Shown: positions 40,623 through 50,564 of the stretch, piece by piece | Numbering within the stretch: the first letter of the stretch is position 1 | How the letters are laid out: each line of letters opens with the position of its first letter | Source of the DNA: a virus | Direction: 5' to 3' (one strand) | Length of the DNA stretch: 64,000 bases | IMG/VR virus record: IMGVR_UViG_3300048587_000114 | Location: 3,646 to 67,645 of that record | Translations under genes and position numbers: made by a program | Notes under the pieces: generated by a model | Seen by the model: the letters and a program-made list of their open reading frames with translations, nothing else | The model's database searches: none | What the model was told of the DNA's origin: nothing

Positions 40623-42512
40623 TTAGAATGGTAGGTCAAGCTCATCCTCCACATCAAGCGGGTCAACATCAGCCGTCCAGCTATGCGTCCACATATTCGT
40701 ATTCTCATCGAATGCGGGAGTTGATAGCGCCCGGAGATTATTCATCGCCGTGTTGTAATCAACCCTATGGACGAACAGCGGCTCACGCGGTTGAATTGTG
40801 TACGAGTAGTCCGGTTGGTAGCTGAATACCCCCGGTTCCGCTGAACGGAACGTTATGGTCGGAGCGGACGGAGACGGGGCATTATCACCCGTCTCCGATG
40901 CCTCACGCCGCAAACGCGCACGTTCGGCACGACGTGCTACTGCTTCTCGATTGCTCTGGCATGTTGGGCATTCGAACGTGTCTCCACGCTGTGTGAACCG
41001 GTTCGTGCGCCGTGCTGTGTCTCCACAGTAAGAGCACCGGAGTCCTTGGCATTCGCCGCACATCCGCTCGGTGTACTCCTGACGGTAGGAGTGATCGACG
41101 TTGAACCGGAGCGTCTGCATGTTCTCGGTGTCTACCCGTGAACATCGCTGGCACGAATGAAGGTCGTAGCAATCCGCGCAAATCGTCGTCCGATCAGGCG
41201 TATGCGGGTTCATCAACACTTGCAGCGCATTGTCCATCGACACGGCGTTGTGGCAGATTGCACAGGGCTGGTCACGTAGCCACGTCTCGTAGCACGTTCG
41301 ACAGACTGGACTCGTTTCGCCATTCCGGTAGTAGGACGGGTAATAGAAGTTCAACCGGTTCCCGTTTCTCTCATAGAGATAGTCATTACAGTTCTGGCAT
41401 CGGTAGTCATCGACGCACAGACTGCACAACTGCCCCTCCGGGCCGTGTCCACGCATCCGATGCTCACAGGCTGTGCAAACGTGCTGCATCCGACAGTCGT
41501 AGCACATCCCGTCTCGGAAGTTGTTCCGGTCGCTTTCCGTTCCGCACTCAGAGCATGTCTGAATGAACGGATACCCGCTTGTACTGGTCAACTCATAAGT
41601 TGCGTGTGCCCCACGCTGGTGATTCTTGACACGGATGGTGCCCTCATCCTCATCAATGAATAGGTACTTGAACGTGTCGCAGTACGGGTAGCCCCGGCTT
41701 GAACCTGTCAGCAAGTCTACCGACAGGAACAACTGCTTACCGAGTTCTCCGGGCACATCCCACAGGGTTTCTCGTTCGAAGCTGTTCGCGTGCCGGATGA
41801 TGTATCCCTGTTCAGCGGCCCAATCACGCAGCATGTGAACAACGGTGTCGTTCCCATACGCCCGATCCATTGCCCACCCCTGTTCAACCGTATTCCACAG
41901 GAGCGCACGGCCAATCAGCAAGTCGCTCTGATCCGTCGCAATGACCATCTTCACCGCGTCCGGATTATTCACGTAGAAGTCCATGTAAGGTTGGCACTCA
42001 TCGTACCGCATGCACGACGTTCGCAGCGTACCGGTGCCACTTGGCGCGTAGTGATTCCCGTCATACCAATGACGGATAGCCTCACCCTCCACAATACGAA
42101 CCGATTGCCGGTCCTTCAGTACCCGTGCCCGGAGATGGTTGGTGAACTTCTCAAAGTCGCTGTCGGTCAGCGTCTTTAGTGTCTCCGGTGTCAGTAGCGC
42201 ACGGGCAACCTTTGCCGGTCGTCCCGCCTGTCGCAGCTTCTTATTCCATTCGATCCCTGTATCCAACGCCGTCTCAATCCGGGCCGTTGGCAGGTAGGTC
42301 AGTTCCCCCTCACCATTAATGGAGATGTAGTCACCAAATGCCTGATGCGTTCGGGCCAGCGGCTCACTCGTTGAACCGTACCAACTCCGGCGATACATGA
42401 GCGCCATAGCTACCCGGTCAGCGTAGTCGTAGATGAGCGTGTCAAGGATGTTTCGGAGTGACGCGGAGTAGGTAAGAATGTACGGGGTCAGGTCTTTAGC
42501 CATGTGCGTCAA
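40623..42512 (-). CDS. Cys-rich hypothetical protein (SCMR...GRALLW...DRxYG domain plus tandem CxxC array)
   Basis: 629 aa ORF; about a dozen CxxC; clear paralog of 45970-48387. Confidence 0.8.
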   Translation of the reverse strand: MTHMAKDLTPYILTYSASLRNILDTLIYDYADRVAMALMYRRSWYGSTSEPLARTHQAFGDYISINGEGELTYLPTARIETALDTGIEWNKKLRQAGRPAKVARALLTPETLKTLTDSDFEKFTNHLRARVLKDRQSVRIVEGEAIRHWYDGNHYAPSGTGTLRTSCMRYDECQPYMDFYVNNPDAVKMVIATDQSDLLIGRALLWNTVEQGWAMDRAYGNDTVVHMLRDWAAEQGYIIRHANSFERETLWDVPGELGKQLFLSVDLLTGSSRGYPYCDTFKYLFIDEDEGTIRVKNHQRGAHATYELTSTSGYPFIQTCSECGTESDRNNFRDGMCYDCRMQHVCTACEHRMRGHGPEGQLCSLCVDDYRCQNCNDYLYERNGNRLNFYYPSYYRNGETSPVCRTCYETWLRDQPCAICHNAVSMDNALQVLMNPHTPDRTTICADCYDLHSCQRCSRVDTENMQTLRFNVDHSYRQEYTERMCGECQGLRCSYCGDTARRTNRFTQRGDTFECPTCQSNREAVARRAERARLRREASETGDNAPSPSAPTITFRSAEPGVFSYQPDYSYTIQPREPLFVHRVDYNTAMNNLRALSTPAFDENTNMWTHSWTADVDPLDVEDELDLPF

Positions 42513-42693
42513 GTTCCTCCTTGTCTGCTTGACGAAGCATTCTCACCATAGAGAGTGCTTCACGGAACGTACTCGCCTTAATGGTGTGGTACCGTTCCTC
42601 GTTTTTGTTCCCGCTGCGTCGGTTTTCACGTTCCTCATGTTCGTGCCACGCGATCACCTGTTTAAGCTGTTCTTCATACCGATCCAGAACCAT
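42496..42693 (-). CDS. Hypothetical protein
   Basis: Fills operon gap. Confidence 0.45.
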   Translation of the reverse strand: MVLDRYEEQLKQVIAWHEHEERENRRSGNKNEERYHTIKASTFREALSMVRMLRQADKEELDAHG

Positions 42694-42696
42694 CGC

Positions 42697-43032
42697 TTAC
42701 CCCTGACTCAACCGGTACTCTGCGAACACCATGCCCTTGTGCATCATCGTGTCCCCGGTTGGCTTGTATCCTGCCGCATTCAGCGCGGCCTCTGCCGCCT
42801 TGATGTGGCGATTCGTGGTGGCGCTGTTCCGCTCGGTGTTAAGCCAGAACGCAGAGTTGTCCGTAAAGTCCATGATGATCGGGAAATGCGGACCATAGCT
42901 CTGCAACTCACGGCACTCTCTGCCGTTCGGGTACGTCACCGTGTCAACCTTCATGCTCTCCAATCGGTAGGCCGGTCGCCGTCCCTCAATGAACGCCGTC
43001 GCAATTGCCATTGGAGTCGTGAGGCTTGCCAT
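42697..43032 (-). CDS. Hypothetical protein
   Basis: RBS AAGGAG; LQSYG...SATTNRH motif. Confidence 0.6.
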   Translation of the reverse strand: MASLTTPMAIATAFIEGRRPAYRLESMKVDTVTYPNGRECRELQSYGPHFPIIMDFTDNSAFWLNTERNSATTNRHIKAAEAALNAAGYKPTGDTMMHKGMVFAEYRLSQG

Positions 43033-43076
43033 GTGTTTGTGTCTCCTTCCCGGTGTCTTGTCTCACCGTCAACTAC

Positions 43077-43105
43077 AGTATACGCGATCACGCACTGGCT
43101 GTCAA
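43077..43105 (-). promoter_or_regulatory. Sigma70-type promoter
   Basis: Minus strand TTGACA-N17-TATACT. Confidence 0.8.
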
Positions 43106-43111
43106 GGGGGT

Positions 43112-43462
43112 TTACTTGACTTCGATCCAGCTTCCGTCGTCCATCACCTGACAGCCGAACGACTCCACATAGGAGAAGAAGCTGTCTGTGGGGTACGCGC
43201 CCATCCGATAGGCGCGGCGTGCGGCCTCATTGCACGGGCCGTCAACGCGGACGTATACCCCTTCAGTCAGTCGCCCCTCATCGCACCCCACTTGGTGCAT
43301 GACCAATGAATCCCTCACCCACGCCTGACCGAGTTCTTCCGCCCACCGCTGGCACTCCATGTTGACCGGTGCAGCGGGACGTGCCGCCTGCATGGTCGCA
43401 TCCGTGTCCGCAAACAGTGATGCCAGCACCAGACCGATACCGAGAATGAATCCCTTTCCCAT
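43112..43462 (-). CDS. Secreted or membrane-anchored hypothetical protein
   Basis: N-terminal hydrophobic helix, 4 Cys. Confidence 0.55.
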   Translation of the reverse strand: MGKGFILGIGLVLASLFADTDATMQAARPAAPVNMECQRWAEELGQAWVRDSLVMHQVGCDEGRLTEGVYVRVDGPCNEAARRAYRMGAYPTDSFFSYVESFGCQVMDDGSWIEVK

Positions 43463-43466
43463 GTGT

Positions 43467-43655
43467 TTACTTTCCCTCCTTCGATGCTGGCTCTACGAGT
43501 CCGCTCCGTAGCGTCATCGTTATCTTTGCGGACAACTCCACCGCTGCATCTTCGGCATCCTCCGGCGTGTCCGCCATCTGTCGCCGCACGAATTGATTGA
43601 GAAGCACCTGTGCAATTCGATCCTCAATCACGTTCCACTGTCGCTCCGTGTCCAT
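43467..43655 (-). CDS. Hypothetical protein
   Basis: RBS AAGGAGG. Confidence 0.5.
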   Translation of the reverse strand: MDTERQWNVIEDRIAQVLLNQFVRRQMADTPEDAEDAAVELSAKITMTLRSGLVEPASKEGK

Positions 43656-43679
43656 CGTGCCTCCTTCGCTGTTGACTCT

Positions 43680-43708
43680 AGTATACACGACTGTCAGTCA
43701 AGTGTCAA
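43680..43708 (-). promoter_or_regulatory. Sigma70-type promoter
   Basis: Minus strand TTGACA-N17-TATACT. Confidence 0.8.
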
Positions 43709-43711
43709 GGG

Positions 43712-43951
43712 CTAGATCGTGCATCCCGCCCGAACACCCCGGCGTGCCCGTGCCTCATCCTCCCACGGCTTGACCGTTGCCTGTACCTGAGCGGGAGAAC
43801 GCCACCCACCCTGCTCAACCTTATCCATGATGAGCGATGCAAGATGCCCTGACATATGGGATGGCCAGAACGTTGCGTGCTCACTATCAAGGTCACTCAG
43901 CACGTCGTAGAGAATACCGTCCAACACCGACTCCAACTCATCTCGGTTCAT
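43712..43951 (-). CDS. Hypothetical protein
   Basis: RBS AAGGAG. Confidence 0.5.
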   Translation of the reverse strand: MNRDELESVLDGILYDVLSDLDSEHATFWPSHMSGHLASLIMDKVEQGGWRSPAQVQATVKPWEDEARARRGVRAGCTI

Positions 43952-44214
43952 TGTATCTCCCTTCCTAGAAGAACGCACGGACACACAGGTCCGTAAGCCA
44001 GCCGATTATCACTCCAACGTAGAGCACAATACTGGCTTTTCCGAACAGGTACGCGGCCTGCTCATCCTTCGTAAACTCGGTGTCCACTAGGCAAAGACCT
44101 CCAATAGCACCGCGACAACGGCACCGATGATGACACAGACAAGGAACAGCCCGATTGCTGTATTGATCTGTTCGGTGTACTCATCCCACTCGTGCAGCGG
44201 GTCTTTTTGTTTAC

Positions 44215-44427
44215 TCACTTAGCCTCCTTCGTAAAATACCGCACCGGCTCAATCTCGATGAGCGTGCTCACCAAGTCAAGCCGGATACCCGTTCCAAACT
44301 TGATGACTCGATCCGCAACGATGCGTTCGATTGCTTCCTCCTTGCTATCGAAGATACCAAAAAATTCCACTCCACCGCACCCATCGTACGGTTGCGTGTT
44401 GTGCTGGTACGCGATCCACTTTTCCAT
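44215..44427 (-). CDS. Hypothetical protein
   Basis: RBS AAGGAGAG before MEKW. Confidence 0.5.
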   Translation of the reverse strand: MEKWIAYQHNTQPYDGCGGVEFFGIFDSKEEAIERIVADRVIKFGTGIRLDLVSTLIEIEPVRYFTKEAK

Positions 44428-44479
44428 GCGCTCTCCTTGTGTTCCATCAGTATAGGCGACCATGAGTCAAGAGTCAAGG

Positions 44480-44610
44480 CCGCGCCAGAAAATAAAAGCG
44501 CGCGCCCGCCGACAGAAAAAATACGCGCGCCCCGTTTTGGCCAAAAAAAAAGCGCGCGCGCCAAAATCGCCGTAGAAAAAAAGCGCGCGCCCGAAAATGG
44601 CGACTTTTTC
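44480..44610. repeat. Four A-tract + (GC)n units at 26-31 bp spacing
   Basis: AAAAGCGCGCGCCC-like units near 44495, 44520, 44549, 44580. Confidence 0.8.
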
Positions 44611-44713
44611 TAAGGTCACAACGCAAATCGGCGTTGGTGTGGGCGACATTGGTGGATTGCGTTATGGCATTAGCATATAACCCCTACATATATATATGAC
44701 GAGACAAATGTCT

Positions 44714-44739
44714 TATACATATATACGTATATATGTATA
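44714..44739. repeat. Perfect 26-bp AT-rich palindrome
   Basis: TATACATATATAC|GTATATATGTATA. Confidence 0.9.
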
Positions 44740-44934
44740 TACATATAATGCACATATATTGATATACACTATATCAACTATCATTACTGAAGCAGCTTTC
44801 CAATTGCAGGTCCGACTTGGTTGGCCGATCCCATGACGAAGCCCGAATGCAGTCGAAACAGATGATTGTTCGATGGGTGTCGAAGAACTTCTATAGGAGT
44901 CAACAAACTTCTGACGGATATTCATAAAAACACT

Positions 44935-45135
44935 CTAAGCGAATCGCTATAGAAACCCCTAAGCGAGTCGCTACCGGAAAGGTTCACCCGGAAAGATACC
45001 CGGAAAGGTATCCCCGGAAAGGTGACGCAGGCGCGTGCTTAGGAGCCTGAATCGGGAAAGATCGGACGTGCGTACCCGGAAAGATCAGGCGTGCGTGCGT
45101 CCGGAAACATACGCGTGCGTACGCGTTCGGAAACC
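44935..45135 (+). repeat. Iteron-like direct repeats
   Basis: CTAAGCGA(A/G)TCGCTA twice; CCGGAAAG at 44974, 44988, 45000, 45014, 45076 plus variants. Confidence 0.8.
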
Positions 45136-45280
45136 ACCCGTGCGAGACGGTTATGCCGATTTTGTGATATGCGAATTGCCGCGACCGGTCAATTCATTTA
45201 TGATGTAAAGTAAAGAAGCATTCTTGAGTTCTTTGTCAACTTAGTTGTTTAGTTCTTTGTCCACAATTACACAAGACGAT

Positions 45281-45329
45281 ACCCCTACGGGGTACGTGTC
45301 CTATTTTGGACGTCATACCCCGTAGGGGT
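45281..45329. repeat. 14-bp inverted repeat (stem-loop)
   Basis: ACCCCTACGGGGTA ... TACCCCGTAGGGGT. Confidence 0.8.
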
Positions 45330-45969
45330 TTACCGTACGTTTTGCGGTTTGTTCCGTGTTTGGAATCGGAGTCCGGACGGGGTTTCGTGTGTCCGGTTTG
45401 CTCGGTTGCTCGGAGACTCGGACGGGGTATGCGTCTCGGTTTCGTACCGTGTTCAGTGCTGGCACTTGGACGCGGTTTCCGTCTCCGTGTCCAGCACCAC
45501 GGAGACAACCGGAGACGAACGGAGACGGTACGAAACCGGAGACACGACCGAACACACATTGCCGCATACCGCGTGCCGTGTGACGCGTTGTGGCGTGTCA
45601 CGGCATGTACTCCGAGCGTTGCTCGGTTGCTCGGTTTGGCGTCCGATTCTGTACCCGTTGCGGACGGGGTTTGTACGGGGTTTCGTGCGTGTGCTGGACT
45701 CGGACTCCGAAACCACCTATAGCGTGGTATGTCCAGCATCGACGGAGACGCGCCTAGCATCGTCCGAGCGGCAATATTTTGACGTTAGCAGTATGTGTAC
45801 CCTAGTCCGCTCGGTTTCGTGCCGTACGTGGCATCCTAGCGCGTCAATGCTACGGAAACCGAAACAATACGCACGGGGTACCGCGTGGCACCGTCTCCGA
45901 GACACGAAAACACGGGTACGTGTACCCGTGTCTCCGTGCGGGTATGCGGTTGTCTGGACTCGGTACGCG

Positions 45970-48387
45970 TTACCGAGACGCGTTGTTTATGCGTGTCCGG
46001 TTGTTTGCGTACGTCACGGGATCAATACCGAGCGGGGTATACCGATACCGATACGCTGGCATGTACTGCCATTGCTCGGAGTCCGGAGTATTGCCGTTCA
46101 GCATGTCACCGAACAACGGGTACCGAGACTCGGACGGGGTTTCGGACACCGTGTCCACAATGCATACGTTACCCGTTGCGGGTACCGTAATTCCGTGTCC
46201 GAGTGCGGACACGCATCGTCCGGCGTCGTACCCGTGCGGGTACGGCAATTCAAACAAACGCGGTTGCCGCTGGCACGCAACGCACTCCGTGTGCCGTGTG
46301 TAGTCCGCTCGGTAGGAGTCGTTCACGTCGTGCCACGAACGAAACCGGAGACACACGGTACAACGGTTGTCCAGACAATCCGTACACACGGAGTCCGTAT
46401 CCAAGTTGTCCACAACCGCTTCACACACGCGGCACGTATGCGACTCCGAGCAATCCGAGCAATACCCGTTCGTTAGGTCGTCTCGGTCGTCCACGACGGT
46501 ACCGCAATCGTTGCATTGATAACCCGGCAAGCAACGCGGGCAATACCCGTCCGTGTGATTGTCTCCGTAGTCAAACCGTCCGCAATGCTGGCACGTCCGC
46601 TCGGAGTAGCAATCCGGACAAAGATCGTACCCGTTATCATCGTCCGCATCGTACGACGTGCCGCACTCCGAGCACTCTAAATACGCGTTGTGCGTTTCGT
46701 AATATCCGGACGTGGATTCCAACACGTAGTACATGCCGTCCGGCAAGTAGTGCTCGGACGTGGCAAGCGTACCCGTGTCCGGATGCAAGTAACGGAACGT
46801 GTCCATATACGGGTATTTGTCAAACCGAGCGTTACGGACGGTAACGGGACTCGCATCGTCCGTGTACCCGTGTTCGGTGGCGTATGTGTGAAATACCCGT
46901 TGCACAACGTCGTTACCGTACACGCGGTCCATATACGTTTCGCCATTGTCCAGCGTCCACAACAACGCACGTCCGAGCAATTCTCCGTCCGCATTGCGGT
47001 ACGTCAACAACGAAACCGTGTCCGGATTGTCCGTGTAAATCCGGAAATACGACTGGCACGAATAGTGCCGCATGCAGGAATGAGCCAGCGTACCGATACG
47101 ATGAGACGGTGCGTACCCGTCTTCCAAGTACGCATCTCGGATTGCGTCACCGGTCACAATTTCAAACGTTCCAAAAGACCGGGAGGCATACGCGCGAATT
47201 GCATTCGTTACGGTTTCGTAGTCTGCATCCGCGAATGCATCCGGAGTGCGTATTAGCATCCGGAGAACTTTAGACGGTTTGGCGGTTTGGCGCCCGGTTG
47301 CATCATATTCGTAATACTGCACGTCTTTACTGATTTTCGATGACGGCAGATAGGACAACCGGTTGCCACTGTCTGCAATGTCGACAAACGACGCTTTACG
47401 GATACACGTTTGCGGCATTCGGACGTACGCATGAACCGTATCCGAGACGGATAGCCCAGACTCCGTGTCCATTGCCACCACGGACACGGAAACGTTGTGT
47501 TGTGTGTCGTACCCGGAGTCCAGCAGTGCCGTTGCCAGTGCATACCCGCTTTCATCGGACGAAGTTTCGTACATGAACGCATGCAACGCGGCACGGACGG
47601 ACTCGGAAAGCGTTGCGGCAGTGTTCGTATTCCGGTTTCCGATTACATCACTACCGTCCGGAGACACGGACAACGCGGTAACGGTTTGGCGTATAGGGGT
47701 ACCGTACGTGTCTAAAACACGCTCGGAGACGGGTACGGCAAACAACATACGGTTTGGCGCGGTAGTTGTCTCATATTCCGAGCGCGCATCGTCCAGCGTG
47801 TCCAGACTGTACGCGTACCCGTACGTGTTTCCCGTGTGCCACGTCATAACCACGAACGAATGAATCAGGGTACCCGTAGGGATATGGACGGGGTATCCGG
47901 TTTCACGGTTAAGACGTTTCGCGGTTTCCGTCAATGCGGCAATGTCCGTCACGGTATTCGTCTCCGTTTCCGTTTCCGTTTCCGTGCTGGACTCCGAGTC
48001 CGTCTCGGAGTCCGTACGCCACAACGTTGCAAGCGTTTCCACAATGTCTGTACGACTGCACTCCGTCTCGGTTGTCGTACCGTCCGTGTACCGCGTGTGA
48101 ATCCGTGCGGACGTCGTGACGTATCCGAGCGTTTCATTGTGTGCGATGGTGTCCAGCGTGGTTCCGACCACGGACGAACACGTATCGCCGTAACACGTTC
48201 CAAGTTCATACGGGGTATCCGCATGCGTGGCGTACAACCGGACGGAGACGTATGCAATCACACGGTATCGCCGTTCGCGTGCGTCTCCGTGAACGGAGAC
48301 GTTAAATGCATCGTCCGTGCCGTACACAACCATTGCATTGTTAATGCGTCGTGCCAGTCGTGCGGTTTCGCTTTCCGTCCGTGCCAT
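45970..48387 (-). CDS. Large Cys-rich hypothetical protein, paralog of 40623-42512
   Basis: SCMRH...DNPD...GRALLW...MDRVYG...YPYMDTF...STSG then CxxC array; ATG 48387 after GGAG. Confidence 0.8.
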   Translation of the reverse strand: MARTESETARLARRINNAMVVYGTDDAFNVSVHGDARERRYRVIAYVSVRLYATHADTPYELGTCYGDTCSSVVGTTLDTIAHNETLGYVTTSARIHTRYTDGTTTETECSRTDIVETLATLWRTDSETDSESSTETETETETNTVTDIAALTETAKRLNRETGYPVHIPTGTLIHSFVVMTWHTGNTYGYAYSLDTLDDARSEYETTTAPNRMLFAVPVSERVLDTYGTPIRQTVTALSVSPDGSDVIGNRNTNTAATLSESVRAALHAFMYETSSDESGYALATALLDSGYDTQHNVSVSVVAMDTESGLSVSDTVHAYVRMPQTCIRKASFVDIADSGNRLSYLPSSKISKDVQYYEYDATGRQTAKPSKVLRMLIRTPDAFADADYETVTNAIRAYASRSFGTFEIVTGDAIRDAYLEDGYAPSHRIGTLAHSCMRHYSCQSYFRIYTDNPDTVSLLTYRNADGELLGRALLWTLDNGETYMDRVYGNDVVQRVFHTYATEHGYTDDASPVTVRNARFDKYPYMDTFRYLHPDTGTLATSEHYLPDGMYYVLESTSGYYETHNAYLECSECGTSYDADDDNGYDLCPDCYSERTCQHCGRFDYGDNHTDGYCPRCLPGYQCNDCGTVVDDRDDLTNGYCSDCSESHTCRVCEAVVDNLDTDSVCTDCLDNRCTVCLRFRSWHDVNDSYRADYTRHTECVACQRQPRLFELPYPHGYDAGRCVSALGHGITVPATGNVCIVDTVSETPSESRYPLFGDMLNGNTPDSEQWQYMPAYRYRYTPLGIDPVTYANNRTRINNASR

Positions 48388-48461
48388 TGCGTTGCACTCC
48401 GTTCCGTTTCGGTTGTCTAACAACCGTTCTACCTTGTCGCACACTCCGTACGACTGCGTTA

Positions 48462-48491
48462 AATGTACCCGACAATATGACGATTAGTCAA
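48462..48491 (-). promoter_or_regulatory. Putative promoter of the 45970-48387 gene
   Basis: Minus strand TTGACT-N18-TACATT. Confidence 0.45.
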
Positions 48492-49321
48492 ACATTGCGT
48501 TATGCCGTTGTTTTGTACGGTGTTTCGTCTCCGATTGTGCCGCAACAACGGCCAAACGCTCGGTTTACCTTATCGGTTTGTCGTGTCACGCGTACGCGTA
48601 CCATATACGGCATTTTTGACGACTCCGAGACGGTACCGAGACACGCTCGGACGCTCGGACGCTCGGTGCTGGCACCGTTGCTCGGTGCTGGCATGCTCGG
48701 AGACGTTGCCAGCGTTGCCAGCACTCCGAGCGGGTACGGACTCCGGACGGTACCGAGACGCCACAATACCCCGTAAACGCGTTGTGTTGCCTCATATTGC
48801 GTCGTAATGCGTGCATAGGTGTCCTGATTCATTTTGGCGGGGTAAACGCGTCTCCGTGTCTTGTGACGCGTTACAACGGCATTGCCCTATTTTCGGTTTC
48901 GCCCAAAATGCCGGTTGTTTGACTTTGCAAAGTAAAACCGCCTTCGTTTGTACGGCATCCGAGACGCAATACCGTATTTTGTACGGTTGCGTGTGCAAAA
49001 AAGTGTTTAGTTTGCCATACAAACGCGAAAAATGGTCCATTTTTGGGGTATGTCTCGGTTTCTGGCACCGTTGCGGGGTATTTTCACACGTTCGGAACGG
49101 CAAACGTTGTTCGGTTTCGGTGAACGTTGTTCGGTGGACGCGGTTATTGCTAACCGTGTTCGGGTATGCGTGCATGCGTACGGTATTCCGAACGACGTTC
49201 GGTTATGCGCTCGGAGACACACTCGGAGACACACTCGGAACGGGGTATGCATGCATGCGGGTACATGCTCGGTTGCGGCACGCTGGACACTGGACACGCT
49301 CGGTACGTGGTGTCCGGTTGT

Positions 49322-49345
49322 GTGGTGGTGGTGGTGGTGGTGGTG
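49322..49345. repeat. (GTG)n microsatellite
   Basis: About 8 tandem GTG units. Confidence 0.85.
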
Positions 49346-49847
49346 TCCAGCGTGTCCGGTTGTGGTGGTGACGTGGTGTCCGAGCGTCAACCGGGGTAAC
49401 GACTCCGTGGCGGTTTGGCGGGGTTTCGGTTTCGGGGTATGTCTCCGTTTCCGTCCGAGTCCGGAGACGGTACCCGGTTGCACGGGGTATCGGTTGTTCG
49501 TTGTGATACGTGCGTGTATGCGGGTATGGCGGGGTTTGGACCGGAGACGGAATCGGGTACGCACGGAAACGCGGAAAATAGGAAAGTAGGTTGACTAGTT
49601 CTATCGGTCCGGACGTGTCACGGTTAGGGGTTCTGTACCGAACGTTTCCTATCTTGGTTTGTGAGACGTTGTATCACCTATGGCACGGTATACCCCTAGT
49701 CCGTATAGGTGGCATATCTCCGTGTCTGCATACCCCATACCCCTACGCATACTGACACTATGCGTATTCCGGGTATGCCATAGGCCACATACCACAAGAT
49801 GTTGTGTACCCCTACCATGCATACCACTATATGTAGTGGTTTATCAC

Positions 49848-49907
49848 TGTATCATCATATCGTGATATCACCATATCATCATATCGTGATATCAGCATAT
49901 CGTGATA
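49848..49907. repeat. Tandem CATATCGTGATA repeats
   Basis: Three copies of CATATCGTGATA, two within TATCATCATATCGTGATATCA. Confidence 0.8.
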
Positions 49908-50336
49908 AGGGCATGGCCGGGGCACCCCCCGTCGGAAAAAAGTTGGACCACCTTCCTCTACGGGGCAGCCCCTCCCACGTTTTACCTTCGTATTCCTTTT
50001 TTGAAAGAGCTACGAACCATACCCCCTCCCCCTATCCAGCATTAGTAAGGTCGTTAGGTGCCTCTCTTTTTCTCTTTCTTTTGAAAATGGTAAAAGTAGT
50101 ATAAATACGTATCTATAGAGAGTTGCAAAAACAGGGGATTCTAAGGAGCTTACTAATTTGCCACGTAAAGGACTAAAAAACGCCCGGTATCTCGGGACGT
50201 TTTTGACCAAAAAAACACCGATGTTGCCAATTTACACATTAGTAAGCTATTTACAACCCAAAAATGGCGAAAAATGGCCCGATTTTGACTTGTTTTCAAG
50301 GCCGAAACCCGGTACAATGAGCGGAAAGGAGACGCA

Positions 50337-50558
50337 ATGACCGACAACATGGCCCACGATTCGATCCTGCTGGCATTTTCCGACAATGGCATGCGCCAAC
50401 TGGACAACCTGACGCTCCTAACCGGAAAAACCCGGTATCAGACCATCGTGGATGCGATTGCCTTCTATCGTCAGGTGCATGAGGACGTACAAAAAGGCAG
50501 CAAAATCTGCCACATGCGCCCGGATGGGCGCGTATTCCAGTATGTAATGAAGGAGTGA
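50337..50558 (+). CDS. Hypothetical protein, possible ribbon-helix-helix
   Basis: RBS AAGGAG; LDNLTLLTGKTRYQTIVDAI. Confidence 0.55.
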   Translation: MTDNMAHDSILLAFSDNGMRQLDNLTLLTGKTRYQTIVDAIAFYRQVHEDVQKGSKICHMRPDGRVFQYVMKE

Positions 50559-50564
50559 CCAACG

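Noticed and set aside
40448-40708. N-terminal extension of the peptidase ORF to 40708
   Set aside because: It overlaps the upstream gene and contains a promoter and strong RBS pointing to a TTG start at 40447
44480-45135. CRISPR array
   Set aside because: Repeats are short, degenerate and irregularly spaced, with no constant repeat-spacer period. The Cas4-like gene is an ordinary phage recombination nuclease
49322-49345. Chi-site cluster
   Set aside because: It is a plain (GTG)n run without GCTGGTGG, and the host Chi sequence is unknown
45236-49589. Many long overlapping ORFs (e.g. 45349-46476 +, 49007-49564 -, 48811-49371 +)
   Set aside because: The restricted vocabulary depletes stop codons; translations are low-complexity Arg/Val/Thr/Cys with no RBS. 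Only the 45970-48387 ORF has paralog support
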